From contig JBBIRR010000032.1 of NCBI GenBank assembly GCA_037441705.1, forward strand, positions 1 to 48,951: a DNA stretch of 48,951 nucleotides. Direction: 5' to 3'. Position 1 is the first letter of the stretch, and each line of letters starts with the position of its first letter. Both the position numbers and the translations under genes were made by a program. The notes below the pieces were generated by a model. That model had not been told where the DNA came from and ran no database searches. It saw only the letters and a program-made list of their open reading frames with translations. Positions 17,783 through 27,014 of this stretch are shown here, in pieces. Source of the stretch: Ignavibacteriales bacterium (GTDB lineage: Bacteria; Bacteroidota; Ignavibacteria; UBA10030; UBA6906).

Positions 17783-18345
17783 ATGCCAAAACCAAAAGCC
17801 CTGAACGCAAAACAACGCGAAGAACTCCTCAGCGCGTTGCAAGGCCGTTTTGAGAAAAACATGAACCGCCATCAAGGCCTGGAATGGGCAAAAGTAAAAG
17901 CCAGGCTGGAAGCGAATGCGGAGAAACTGTGGCCGCTCCATGAAATGGAAAGAACCGGCGGCGAACCGGATGTTGTGGGTCACGATAAAAAAACGGGCGA
18001 ATACATTTTTTATGATTGCGCCGCGGAAAGCCCTGCCGGCCGCAGAAGTCTTTGTTACGACCATGAAGCGTTGAAGGCACGGAAGGAACATAAACCAAAA
18101 GACAGCGCGATGAATATGGCGGCTGACATGGGCATCGAGCTTTTATCCGAAGAACAATATCGCGAACTGCAGCAGCTTGGCGACTTCGATACAAAAACCT
18201 CGAGCTGGATAAAAACGCCGGCGGTGATTCGAAAACTCGGCGGCGCGCTCTTTGTGATCGCCGCTACGATCACGTCTTCGTGTATCACAACGGCGCAGAG
18301 TCTTACTACGCCGCCAGAGGCTTTCGCGGCGCGCTGAGGGTCTGA
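17783..18345 (+). pseudogene. DUF4256 protein with a frameshift (1-nt loss) near 18251
   Basis: EMERTGGEPDVVG, ESPAGRRSLCYD, DTKTSSW. After LGGALF the family-like tail CDRRYDHVFVYHNGAESYYAARGFRGALRV continues in another frame to TGA at 18345. Confidence 0.8.
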
Positions 18346-18382
18346 ATTTGGACTTTGAATTTTAGCATTTCTTAAAATAAAT

Positions 18383-18520
18383 GTGCTCGAGATCGAAGAC
18401 CTCCCTGCCAACGCACAGAAAGCGGCAGAGAATCCGGTCGTAAAGGCGGAAGCCGGCGGCGAAGTTGAATTCGTCACGATTATGCTGTTTGATTCGCCGG
18501 CGGCTGTCCGTGATTTCATA
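18383..18520 (+). pseudogene. Fused gene remnants (YciI C-terminal piece plus ABM-like piece)
   Basis: EIEDLPANAQKAAENPVV resembles EVEEFPPDVQKAAQNPTV of 8376-8810, followed by GEVEFVTIMLFDS..AVRDF. Confidence 0.55.
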
Positions 18521-18529
18521 GAGGTTCGT

Positions 18530-18949
18530 ATGCATCCACAACCACTCATTTGCGTGCGTGATGTCGAAGCGAGCAGTCGCTGGTATCAGCGCCTGCTGGG
18601 TTGTCAAAGCGCACACGGCGGCTCGGAGTATGAACGGCTGGTTGCGCAGAGCAGGCTGGTCTTGCAACTGCACCGCTGGGACGTGGAGCACCATCATGGC
18701 CCCATCGGGAATCCCAATCTTAAGCCTTATGGAAATGGCGTGCTCCTGTGGTTTGAGATCGATGACTTCGATGCAGCCGCTGCCCGCGCCGAGGAAATGA
18801 ACGCTGAGATTGTCATGCCCCGCCATCGGAATCCTCCCGACGGCAACGGCGGCCCGAACCACTGGGAATTATGGCTGCGCGATCCCGAGGGCTACACCGT
18901 GGTTTTAGCCAGCCCGGACGGTTCTGCGGATGGAAATTGGAAACCTTAG
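18530..18949 (+). CDS. VOC/glyoxalase-family protein
   Basis: MHPQPLICVRDVEASSRWY...LLWFEIDDFD...LRDPEGYTVVL; GAGG RBS. Confidence 0.88.
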   Translation: MHPQPLICVRDVEASSRWYQRLLGCQSAHGGSEYERLVAQSRLVLQLHRWDVEHHHGPIGNPNLKPYGNGVLLWFEIDDFDAAAARAEEMNAEIVMPRHRNPPDGNGGPNHWELWLRDPEGYTVVLASPDGSADGNWKP

Positions 18950-18982
18950 CATCTTAAAAGATTAAAAGTGAAATCTCTGCTT

Positions 18983-19221
18983 TAAAAGCAAAAAAACTTT
19001 CACGCAAAGACGCAGAGCCGCAAAGGTACCGCAAAGAAAAGCTTTGTGGATTCTTTGCGTCTTCGCGTCTTTGCGTGAGGCTTTTTCTTTTTGGTTCCCG
19101 CTCGTCCGGCTTACGTCTCTTACAAGTGAACTGTGCATTATAAAAGCAAAAAACTTTCTCACCACAAAGGCACAAAGTTCACAAAGGTTTTTTCTTCGTG
19201 TTCTTTGTGCCTTTGTGGTGA
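18983..19221. repeat. Two tandem inverted-repeat (REP/MITE-like) elements
   Basis: TCACGCAAAGACGC (19000) / GCGTCTTTGCGTGA (19065) and TCACCACAAAGGCACAAAG (19159) / CTTTGTGCCTTTGTGGTGA (19203). Both are preceded by TAAAAGCA(n)CTTT. Related CTCGCAAAG/CTTTGCGAG at 8858-8917. Confidence 0.8.
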
Positions 19222-19254
19222 AGATTGTTTCCGGCTTGCGGAGGAAAAGAAGTA

Positions 19255-19413
19255 ATGAAAAAAACTGCTTCAATTTCAAAGCGCGCGCCCGCCAAAGAAG
19301 TCGGCGCATATCTTGGTTCGATGCCGGAAGAACTGCGGGCGTTTCTCAACGATCTGCGCACGGCCATCAAAGCCGCGGCGCCGAATACTCATCAAGACAA
19401 CAGAAAGCCGTGA
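19255..19413 (+). pseudogene. Truncated DUF1801 N-terminus
   Basis: EVGAYLGSMPEELRAFLNDLRTAIKAAAP, then the sequence diverges and stops; GGAGG RBS. Confidence 0.6.
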
Positions 19414-19530
19414 AAGTTTTTCTGCCAAACATTTTTCTTTCATTGTTCTCTTACAAAGTTAGTGACATTGGGCTTCCAGTCTGCAGGCGCGCACCAGTTA
19501 TTTGGCCACGCTTTTAAAAAGGAGCAACAC

Positions 19531-19908
19531 ATGTCCGAAAGCGAAATTGCAACCCTCGCAGCCGTTTCTGCGGCATGGGAGCAGGCTATGATCACCAACG
19601 ACGCCGAAGTGATCGGCCGCTTCATGGTGGATGATTGGGTCATTGTCTCGGAACGCGGCGTTACAAAAAAGCCGGACTTTCTCGCCGTGGTCGCCTCTGG
19701 AGGTTTGACACATGAAACTTTCAAGGGAGAAATCATTTCGATTCGCCAATATGGCGAGGCGGCGATTGTGGTGGGCCGCGTCCGGAACAATGGCCATTAC
19801 AAGGGCCGGCCGTTCAGCGCCGACGAATGGACCACCGACGTGTTTGTAAAACGCAACGGCACGTGGCTGTGCGTTCATAGCCATATAACGGCAGTCAAGG
19901 AAAACTAA
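19531..19908 (+). CDS. NTF2-like DUF4440 protein
   Basis: WEQAMITND...WTTDVFVKRNGTWLCVHSH; AAGGAG RBS. Confidence 0.85.
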   Translation: MSESEIATLAAVSAAWEQAMITNDAEVIGRFMVDDWVIVSERGVTKKPDFLAVVASGGLTHETFKGEIISIRQYGEAAIVVGRVRNNGHYKGRPFSADEWTTDVFVKRNGTWLCVHSHITAVKEN

Positions 19909-20011
19909 CTCTCGCGGTTCCCTGTTTTCAGCCAGAGTTGCAAGCAGTTTGACTGCGCGAGCTGAATCAATGAAAACCGGACATCCGAGCATACCCGAAA
20001 GGAGCAAAAAT

Positions 20012-20734
20012 ATGTATCGCCAGCAGTTGTTTTTGGCTAAAACGGCAATTGCCGTCATTCTTGTGTCGCAGAGCGTTTTCGCGCAAACGGACAAAGCCAG
20101 CATTGCGCAATTTGTTGTTTGGCAACAGAAGGAAAACCAGTTGCAAAATTTTGAAGACGGATATAAGCAGCATCTGGAATGGCACAAAGCGAACAAAGAT
20201 CCCTGGAGTTGGTATGGCTGGTATTTTATTTCCGGCCCGAGATACGGATGGTTCATGGATGCAACATTTGAGCATGCGTGGTCTGACTATGATCATGCCG
20301 TCAAGCCCGCGGAAGATGGGCGTGACAATCGCCTGCACGTTTTTCCGTTTGGCGACGTGCGCGACATCCGGAAGGCCTCTTTTCTGGAATCGCAAAGCAT
20401 TCACGCGGCGAACGGGCTGAAAGCGAAATATCTGAGAATGCTTGCCATGCGCGCAAACGATTTCAACCGGGCGCTCGCACTTTTTGACCGGCTCAAGGAG
20501 TTCGCAAGAGAAATAAAGCTGTACTCGTTCCTGGTGTTCAAGGTCGTTGATGGCGGGTACCTGAATGAATTCATGGTTTTGATCGGATCGCAAACCTGGG
20601 CGGATTTCAGCAAGGTTGATCTCTTGTTTTCCGAGATTTCAAAAATTGAATCCGGGCAGAAGTCAAAAATTTTTGAAAGCATTTCCTCGGAAACATTGAT
20701 CTATAGAGAGGATATGAGTTACTTCCCAGAGTGA
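20012..20734 (+). CDS. Secreted hypothetical protein (possible dimeric alpha-beta barrel)
   Basis: AAGGAG RBS, signal peptide ending VFA-Q, FEDGYKQHLEWH. Confidence 0.7.
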   Translation: MYRQQLFLAKTAIAVILVSQSVFAQTDKASIAQFVVWQQKENQLQNFEDGYKQHLEWHKANKDPWSWYGWYFISGPRYGWFMDATFEHAWSDYDHAVKPAEDGRDNRLHVFPFGDVRDIRKASFLESQSIHAANGLKAKYLRMLAMRANDFNRALALFDRLKEFAREIKLYSFLVFKVVDGGYLNEFMVLIGSQTWADFSKVDLLFSEISKIESGQKSKIFESISSETLIYREDMSYFPE

Positions 20735-20856
20735 AGTTTGGAGAAATTACGATGCCCCAGACTTTCCGATGAACCAGCTTAATTTCCTGCGCGCCATGCT
20801 GGGGCATGGTGTGCACAACCGAAATAACGCACAAAGATTTGCCAAGGAGGTCCAAG

Positions 20857-21309
20857 ATGGAGACACTTCATTTTTCAATCGTGATCAACGCGCCGAAGGC
20901 AAAGGTGTGGAACACGATGCTGGACGATGCGACCTATCGCGTCTGGACGGAGGCTTTTAACGCCGGCTCGCATTACGTCGGGGACTGGAGCAAAGGGAGC
21001 AAAATCCTTTTTCTCGGACCCGACCCCAACACGGGCAAGACGGGCGGCATGGTGAGCCGCATCGCCGAAAACCGCTTGCACGAGTACATCTCAATCGAGC
21101 ATCTCGGCATGGTGCAAGACGGCGTGGAAGACACGACCAGCGAGGCGGTGAAAGCATGGGCCGGCGCGCACGAGAATTACACGTTCAAAGAAAAAGACGG
21201 CAAAACCGAGGTGCTGGTGGATATGGACATCAATGAGGAATACAAGGAGATGTTCCAGGACATGTGGCCGAAGGCGCTGCAAAAGCTCAAAGAGCTGGCG
21301 GAGAAATAG
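20857..21309 (+). CDS. SRPBCC/AHSA1-like protein
   Basis: LHFSIVINAPKAKVWNTMLD...WPKALQKLKELAE; AAGGAGG RBS. Confidence 0.88.
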   Translation: METLHFSIVINAPKAKVWNTMLDDATYRVWTEAFNAGSHYVGDWSKGSKILFLGPDPNTGKTGGMVSRIAENRLHEYISIEHLGMVQDGVEDTTSEAVKAWAGAHENYTFKEKDGKTEVLVDMDINEEYKEMFQDMWPKALQKLKELAEK

Positions 21310-21338
21310 CAAGTTTATCTCATCATTTCGAAAGGAGC

Positions 21339-21442
21339 ATGATGTCAACACCACAAACACCATCCGCCTTCACAGCATGCTTTCGGCGCCGGCAGAGCGA
21401 ATCTATCGCGCGTTCCTGGATGCGGACGCGATGGCCAAATAG
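21339..21442 (+). pseudogene. SRPBCC N-terminal fragment (frameshifted and truncated)
   Basis: NTIRLHSMLSAPAERIYRAFLDADAMAK-stop; the RBS and ATG at 21339-21342 are out of frame. Confidence 0.65.
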
Positions 21443-21539
21443 CTTTCACCAAGGGATTCTTCGAGCAATAACGAAGAAGCCAATTGATGAAAGAGCATAT
21501 ATGCCAACAACATGTTAAGGTAAGTAAAGGAGAAGATTT

Positions 21540-21800
21540 GTGAACAATAAACAAGTGGTCGAAACGTACATTGATGGCTTCCGAACAACCGACCACGAAA
21601 AGATTCTCTCGTGCTTGACGGACGAAGTGGTGTGGGATATGCTCGGTTACTTCCATTATTAAGGTAAGGAGGGGTTCGACAAGAAGATTGAGAATCCCAA
21701 CGCAGATGGGAGCCCAAGCATCACCGTTACGCGGCTTGTTGAGGAAGGGAACATTGTCGTCGTGGAAGGAGCGCTGACCGCCAACCTGAAAAAAGATAAA
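21540..21800 (+). pseudogene. SnoaL/NTF2-like pseudogene with in-frame TAA (21660-21662)
   Basis: GTG after AAGGAG; NKQVVETYIDGFRTTDHEKILSCLTDEVVWDMLGYFHY*GKEGF...RLVEEGNIVVVEG. Confidence 0.7.
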
Positions 21801-22222
21801 ATATGCGACAACATGCCTGATGTTCCGCACGCAACAATAAGGAGCATACCATCAAAAATACTGTTTTTGCAATCAATATGGCAGTCGACGGTTGCTTCGG
21901 CCACGAAGATGGGATTCCAGACGAGACGTGTTAGTAATCTGACATCGCACCATGCCTTTGTTCCGATACCCATTACGCTCCCTGCGGAACAGTTCCATCG
22001 CTTTCTCCGCCCTTTTCGTTCCTACCTTTTCTTCCCCCTTTAAGGGATCTCTTTGAGACATACCAGCGTTGCACGCGAGCGGAAGCTCGTGTAGGCTTCC
22101 CCCCGATCAAGAAAATACCGCAGATGTGGTATTGAATTCCGTATCCCCGATGCGCACTTAGTCAAGTGCGATCTCATCAGCGAGAACTAGTTCAGTTTCT
22201 AAACACAAAAAAAGGGGAAAAA

Positions 22223-23680
22223 ATGAAGAGACGGATTCCTTTTCTCATCCTTCTTGTAGGTGTCTTGAGTCTGCAGCTCAATGCGCAAGGTACATGGAGT
22301 ACGCTTGGGACGGGCAGTAGCAATGGGGTCAACAATTTTGTCCATGCCCTTGTGCTGTCAGGGGATAATCTGGTTATGGGGGGGCGGTTCACCACGCAAT
22401 CGGGTGGATTGCCGGCGAACCGAGTGGTGCGTTATAATCTCACGACGAACACATGGCATAGCCTCGGCACGGGCGAAAACAATGGGTTGGATAATCAAGT
22501 CAATGCCATTGCGGTGTCAGGGGATAATGTGTTCGTAGGGGGTTTTTTCACTCTAGCAGGCGGCCAGCCGGCCAGTCGCGTGGCGCGTTTTAATCTCACG
22601 ACGAACACATGGCACACTTTGGGCACAGGCACAAGCAACGGGGTGAATTCTGGTGTCTATGCCCTTGCTGTGTCAGGGGACAATGTCTTTGTTGGTGGTT
22701 CGTTCACGCAAGCCGGCGGACTGCCTGCGAACCGCGTGGCGCGCTATAATCTTACGACCGACACATGGAGTTCGCTCGGCACAGGCACGAACAATGGAGT
22801 AAATTCCACTGTGACCACCCTTGCAGTATCAGGTGATGATTTGTTTGTCGGGGGCTTGTTCACGCAAGCCGGCGGACAGACTGCGAACTATGTGGCGCGC
22901 TATAATCTTACGACCGACACATGGAGTTCGCTCGGTACAGGCAGTAGCAACGGAGTAGGTCCTGCTGTTAATGTCCTTGCGGTGTCGGGGGATAATGTTT
23001 TTGTTGGGGGTGGATTTCAGCAAGCAGGCGGACTGCCTGCGAACCGCGTGGCGCGCTATAATCTTACAACGGGCACATGGCATAGTCTGGGGACAGGTAG
23101 TAGCGATGGAGTGAGTGCTGTTGTCAATGCTCTAGCGCTGGTAGGTAATAATGTTTTTGTTGGCGGAGGGTTTGACCAAGCAGGGGGGCAGACTACAAAC
23201 CGCGTGGCGCGTTTCAATCTTACGACGAACACGTGGCACACTTTGGGCGCAGGCACCAGCAACGGGGTGAATGCTACTGTCTTTGCCCTTGCTGCGTTAG
23301 GGAATAATGTGTTTGTGGGGGGCTCTTTCACAGGAGCAGGCGGACAGTCGGCTAACTATGTGGCGCGCTACACGGAACCCTTTACATCTGTAGACGAAGA
23401 AAACAGATCTATTCCTACTTCATACCGTTTAATGCAAAACTACCCCAACCCCTTCAACCCAAGCACCACGATTCGGTTCGAGGTTCCGCGTTCAGGGTTC
23501 GTGACTCTGAAAGTGTACAATCTGCTCGGCCAGGAGGTGGCCGTGTTGGTCAATGAGGTGAAGCAGGCCGGAAGGCATGAGGTGGTGTGGGAGGCGACAG
23601 GACTGCCAAGCGGAGTGTATTTCTACAGGATGCGTGCGGAAACATTCGACGAAACCAGGAGGCTCGTGTTCGCGCGATGA
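22223..23680 (+). CDS. Secreted beta-propeller repeat protein with T9SS-like C-terminal sorting domain
   Basis: Signal peptide; seven ~52-aa repeats (WxxLGTGxxNGVxxxVxALAVSGDNVFVGGxFTxAGG); QNYPNPFNPSTTI...LPSGVYFYRM. Confidence 0.9.
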   Translation: MKRRIPFLILLVGVLSLQLNAQGTWSTLGTGSSNGVNNFVHALVLSGDNLVMGGRFTTQSGGLPANRVVRYNLTTNTWHSLGTGENNGLDNQVNAIAVSGDNVFVGGFFTLAGGQPASRVARFNLTTNTWHTLGTGTSNGVNSGVYALAVSGDNVFVGGSFTQAGGLPANRVARYNLTTDTWSSLGTGTNNGVNSTVTTLAVSGDDLFVGGLFTQAGGQTANYVARYNLTTDTWSSLGTGSSNGVGPAVNVLAVSGDNVFVGGGFQQAGGLPANRVARYNLTTGTWHSLGTGSSDGVSAVVNALALVGNNVFVGGGFDQAGGQTTNRVARFNLTTNTWHTLGAGTSNGVNATVFALAALGNNVFVGGSFTGAGGQSANYVARYTEPFTSVDEENRSIPTSYRLMQNYPNPFNPSTTIRFEVPRSGFVTLKVYNLLGQEVAVLVNEVKQAGRHEVVWEATGLPSGVYFYRMRAETFDETRRLVFAR

Positions 23681-23699
23681 TTCAGTGCACTCGCTTGAC

Positions 23700-24660
23700 G
23701 AGACCCGAGCGAGCTTGACCCGTGTGAAGGAAAACAGAAAAGCGGTAGCTGTTGTCCTGATGTTGTTGCGTGTCACCCTGAGCGCAATCCCGCCGCTTTT
23801 CAGGCGGGACGGAGTCGAAGGGTGTTCTGCGCAAATGTGTAGGAGGCTGTACAAAAAGAAACCATTGTCATTCTGAACGGAGCGAAGCGGAGTGAAGAAT
23901 CCAGTAAATGGCTCGGTTCTGGATTCTTCGCCCCTGAGAAACGAGGCTCAGAATGACGTGGTACTACTTTTTGGTCAGCCTCTGAAGTGAGGAATGCTGA
24001 ATGCTTGCGTTGACGATGCGCGGTGTCTGCACGCTTCCAGCAACAATCATGTTCGCCGGGTCTGGATGCTTCGCGCTTGGAAGGCAGCGCTCAGCATGAC
24101 AGTGTTGGCCAGTGCACTCTCCGCGTTGCGCAATCGTGGGGTCACGTAGTGACCTCACGACTATAGCCCGACCTTTCAAGGTCGGGATACGAATCATACG
24201 CATCATCACACCCGTCGCATCGCGACGGACTGAAAAATTTGGTGATCAGGAAAGAAACGTCGAACGGAGTGTCAAGGCGGCAAGCCAAAACAGGTCGCCC
24301 CTACGGGGCTTGCGTTCGTTTGGGCATCGTCAATACTATAAACAGGTCGTCCCTACGGGACTCAGGTTGGTCGCGCATGCTTGGCAACAGCTCGCCCTCA
24401 CAGACTCACGCAGGCAACGCCCGCTCCGTAGGAGCGGAACTGTTTGTAGAACTAAACCGCAAAGACATCGGGCAAGCCCCATCGGGGCGACCTGATTTTG
24501 TTCCGATCCGTGAATCCTGAATCTTGCATCCTGCATCCTGAACCCCGAACCTCAAACCCCGAACCTCGAACTGTGCATCCGCGATTGAACATGGTCGCGC
24601 AGAAGCCGTGACGGCCGAACGAACCCTGAGTCCTGCTCGGCATGACGCGGCTCCGATCGC
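23700..24660. repeat. Non-coding cluster of several palindromic repeat families and 7-mer tandem repeats
   Basis: GTCATTCTGA/TCAGAATGAC (23867/23948) nested in GAGGCTG..CAAAAAG/CTTTTTG..CAGCCTC. GTCACCCTGAGCG at 23772. CCCGACCTTTCAAGGTCGGG. GCCCCTACGGGGC, GTCCCTACGGGAC, GCTCCGTAGGAGC, GCCCCATCGGGGC. TGAATCC/TGCATCC/GAACCCC heptamers at 24511-24571. Confidence 0.8.
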
Positions 24661-24670
24661 CGTAGTGGGG

Positions 24671-26488
24671 TCAGTTCACTCCCTGATACATCCTATCAAT
24701 CAGGTGAGCATATTTTTCTTCTACCACCTTGCGGCGAATCTTCTGGGTGGGAGTGAGTTCTCCTTCTTCGATCGTGAAGGGTTTTGCGAGCAGGATGAAC
24801 TTTCGGACACGCTCAAAGTTGGCTAAGTTCTTTTGCAGCTCGTCTATGTCTTTCTGGATAAGAGCATGGATGTGCGGATGGCGCACCAGTTCGTGGTTGT
24901 GCAGCGGCCCGATGCCGTTCTCGGCAGCGTATGCTTTCAGCGCATCAAAGTCGGGCACAACAAGCGCCGTGCAGTACATGCGCCGGTCGCCGATAAGGAC
25001 GAACTGCTCGATGTACTTGCTGGAGAGAAAGAGGTTTTCAATCGGCTGCGGGGCGATGTTCTTTCCGCCCGAACTGACAAAGAGATGTTTCTTGCGATCG
25101 GTGATGCGGATGAACCCGTCGCTGTCGATCTCGCCGATATCGCCGGTGTGGAACCACCCGTCGGGGTCGATCACCTCGGCCGTCATCTCCGGCAGGTTCC
25201 AGTAGCCCTTCATGATGTTGGGACCGCGGGCAAGAATCTCGCCATCGGGGCCAATCTTCACCTCCACGTTCGGAATAGGCTGCCCAACGGTGCCGAACCG
25301 ATAGTTGTTGATTCTGTTCACGGAAATAACGGGCGACGTCTCCGTCAGGCCGTAGCCTTCCAGGATGAGTATGCCGACAGCTTCGAAGAACTCGCCGAAC
25401 TCTTTGGGCAGGGCCGCGCCGCCGGACACCATGAATTTGATTCTTCCGCCGAGCTTCGCCCTCAACTTCCTGAACACTAACCTGTCGGCCACGAGATGCT
25501 TGAGCTTGAGAATGGGGTCGAATCGCTTTGCCTTACGCGCAGCGGCGTAGCGTTTCCCAACATCCAATGCCCAGAAGAAAATTTTTCGTCGTTGTGGCGG
25601 GGCGGCATCTATTTGTTTCATCACACGACTGTGCATCCGCTCGAAGAGCCGCGGAACGGTCGTCACGACGTGGGGGCGCACCTCCATCAGATTTACCTGG
25701 ACCGTTTCAATGCTTTCGGCGTACGCAATGGTCGCCCCGCATGCCATGGCCGTGTAGTTGCCGGCCATTCGTTCGAACGAATGACTCAGAGGCAGGAACG
25801 AAAGGAGAATATCGTTCTCTTCGATGTTGATGCAGGTTGCAGCGTCTATAATGTTCGTGCAGAGGTTGGCATGCGTCAGCATCACGCCCTTAGGATTGCC
25901 CGTGGTGCCCGAGGTGTAGATGAGGGTGAGAAGATCTTCGGGCCGGACGTTCCTTCTCGACTCATCCAGAACGCCGGGGTTCTTGCGCTCGAACTCCTCG
26001 CCCAGCTCGAGTAGTTTGCTGAAGGACATGACCCGCTCCTCCGAAGCATCTACATTCTCGTTCATCATAATAATGTGTTGGAGCGATGGCACCGAGTCCA
26101 AGGTCTTGAGAACCTTGCTGAGCTGAAATTGATTCGAGACCACGACAGCTTTGACCCCCGCATCGTTGAAGATGTACTCGTTCTGCTTGGGGGTCATTGT
26201 GGGATAAACGGGGACGCTGATTGCGCCGAGCGCGGCAATTCCCTGGTCGGCATACACCCATTCGGGCCTGTTTTCTGCAATAATACTCACGCGGTCGCCT
26301 CGCGAGATTCCCAGCGACGCCAAACCGAGAGCCGTCAGGTCAGCCTTTCGCCGAACTTCGTCGTAGCTGATGGGTTGATACGTGCCTTCTCTCTTCGCCA
26401 TAAGAAACGGACGTTGGGAGCCGGAAAAGCGGTTCGTAATGCCGACAAACATCTCAGGGATTGTCGAGAAATGGATCAGGACAGGCAT
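24671..26488 (-). CDS. fadD: Long-chain fatty acid--CoA ligase (AMP-binding)
   Basis: YTSGTTGNPKG, EGYGLTETSP, WFHTGDIG, ITDRKK, ELTPTQK. Confidence 0.93.
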   Translation of the reverse strand: MPVLIHFSTIPEMFVGITNRFSGSQRPFLMAKREGTYQPISYDEVRRKADLTALGLASLGISRGDRVSIIAENRPEWVYADQGIAALGAISVPVYPTMTPKQNEYIFNDAGVKAVVVSNQFQLSKVLKTLDSVPSLQHIIMMNENVDASEERVMSFSKLLELGEEFERKNPGVLDESRRNVRPEDLLTLIYTSGTTGNPKGVMLTHANLCTNIIDAATCINIEENDILLSFLPLSHSFERMAGNYTAMACGATIAYAESIETVQVNLMEVRPHVVTTVPRLFERMHSRVMKQIDAAPPQRRKIFFWALDVGKRYAAARKAKRFDPILKLKHLVADRLVFRKLRAKLGGRIKFMVSGGAALPKEFGEFFEAVGILILEGYGLTETSPVISVNRINNYRFGTVGQPIPNVEVKIGPDGEILARGPNIMKGYWNLPEMTAEVIDPDGWFHTGDIGEIDSDGFIRITDRKKHLFVSSGGKNIAPQPIENLFLSSKYIEQFVLIGDRRMYCTALVVPDFDALKAYAAENGIGPLHNHELVRHPHIHALIQKDIDELQKNLANFERVRKFILLAKPFTIEEGELTPTQKIRRKVVEEKYAHLIDRMYQGVN

Positions 26489-26733
26489 GATGTCTTTCGT
26501 GATTGTTGTTGGATGATCTACTGGCGCATTTCCGTGACGAACTCACGGGATGGTGGGGGTGGAATGCATTTGCCGAATGAATATAGAATGGATTGCTACA
26601 AAAATCAACGGCGCGTCTGCAACCGGCGCCTTCGCACGAAGAGGGGGCGTCCGTCGTGAATCCGTCGCAGGATTTTTCAGTTACTCTAACTCGTTGTCAT
26701 CATTGAAGAAGATTTTTTCATCAAAATTTTAAC

Positions 26734-26762
26734 TTGACTTCGCTTTGTTATCGTATTATATT
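26734..26762 (+). promoter_or_regulatory. Sigma70 promoter upstream of nrdJ (long ~250-nt leader)
   Basis: TTGACT-N17-TATATT. Confidence 0.7.
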
Positions 26763-27014
26763 TTCGGCCGATAATCTTGTGTAATGATGTCTGCTCAAAG
26801 TCAGATCCGAGCAGACATTTGCGTTACAGGCGAAAAAACGGCAATTCCTCCCCTAATGAAAGCCGGAAGTTTGTAATGCCCATAGCCCGAGCCTGCCAAT
26901 GGCTCGTTCGTTACCATCTCTCGAAGAGTCCGCTCATAGATAGCTCAAAGGACTTTTCGTTGCTCACAGAATCCATAAGCATCTAAATCAACTCAAACAA
27001 GAAGGGACAGGCGA

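Noticed and set aside
23964-24643. Short ORFs in the repeat deserts (also 18954-19517 and 36346-37116)
   Set aside because: They are translations of palindromic or heptamer repeats, with no RBS or protein motifs.
26770-27014. Cobalamin riboswitch or NrdR box in the nrdJ leader
   Set aside because: AAGCCGGAAG and GAGCCTGCC resemble only the riboswitch 3' end; the GGGAA/CGGTG/GCCACTG core is missing and I see no convincing NrdR box.
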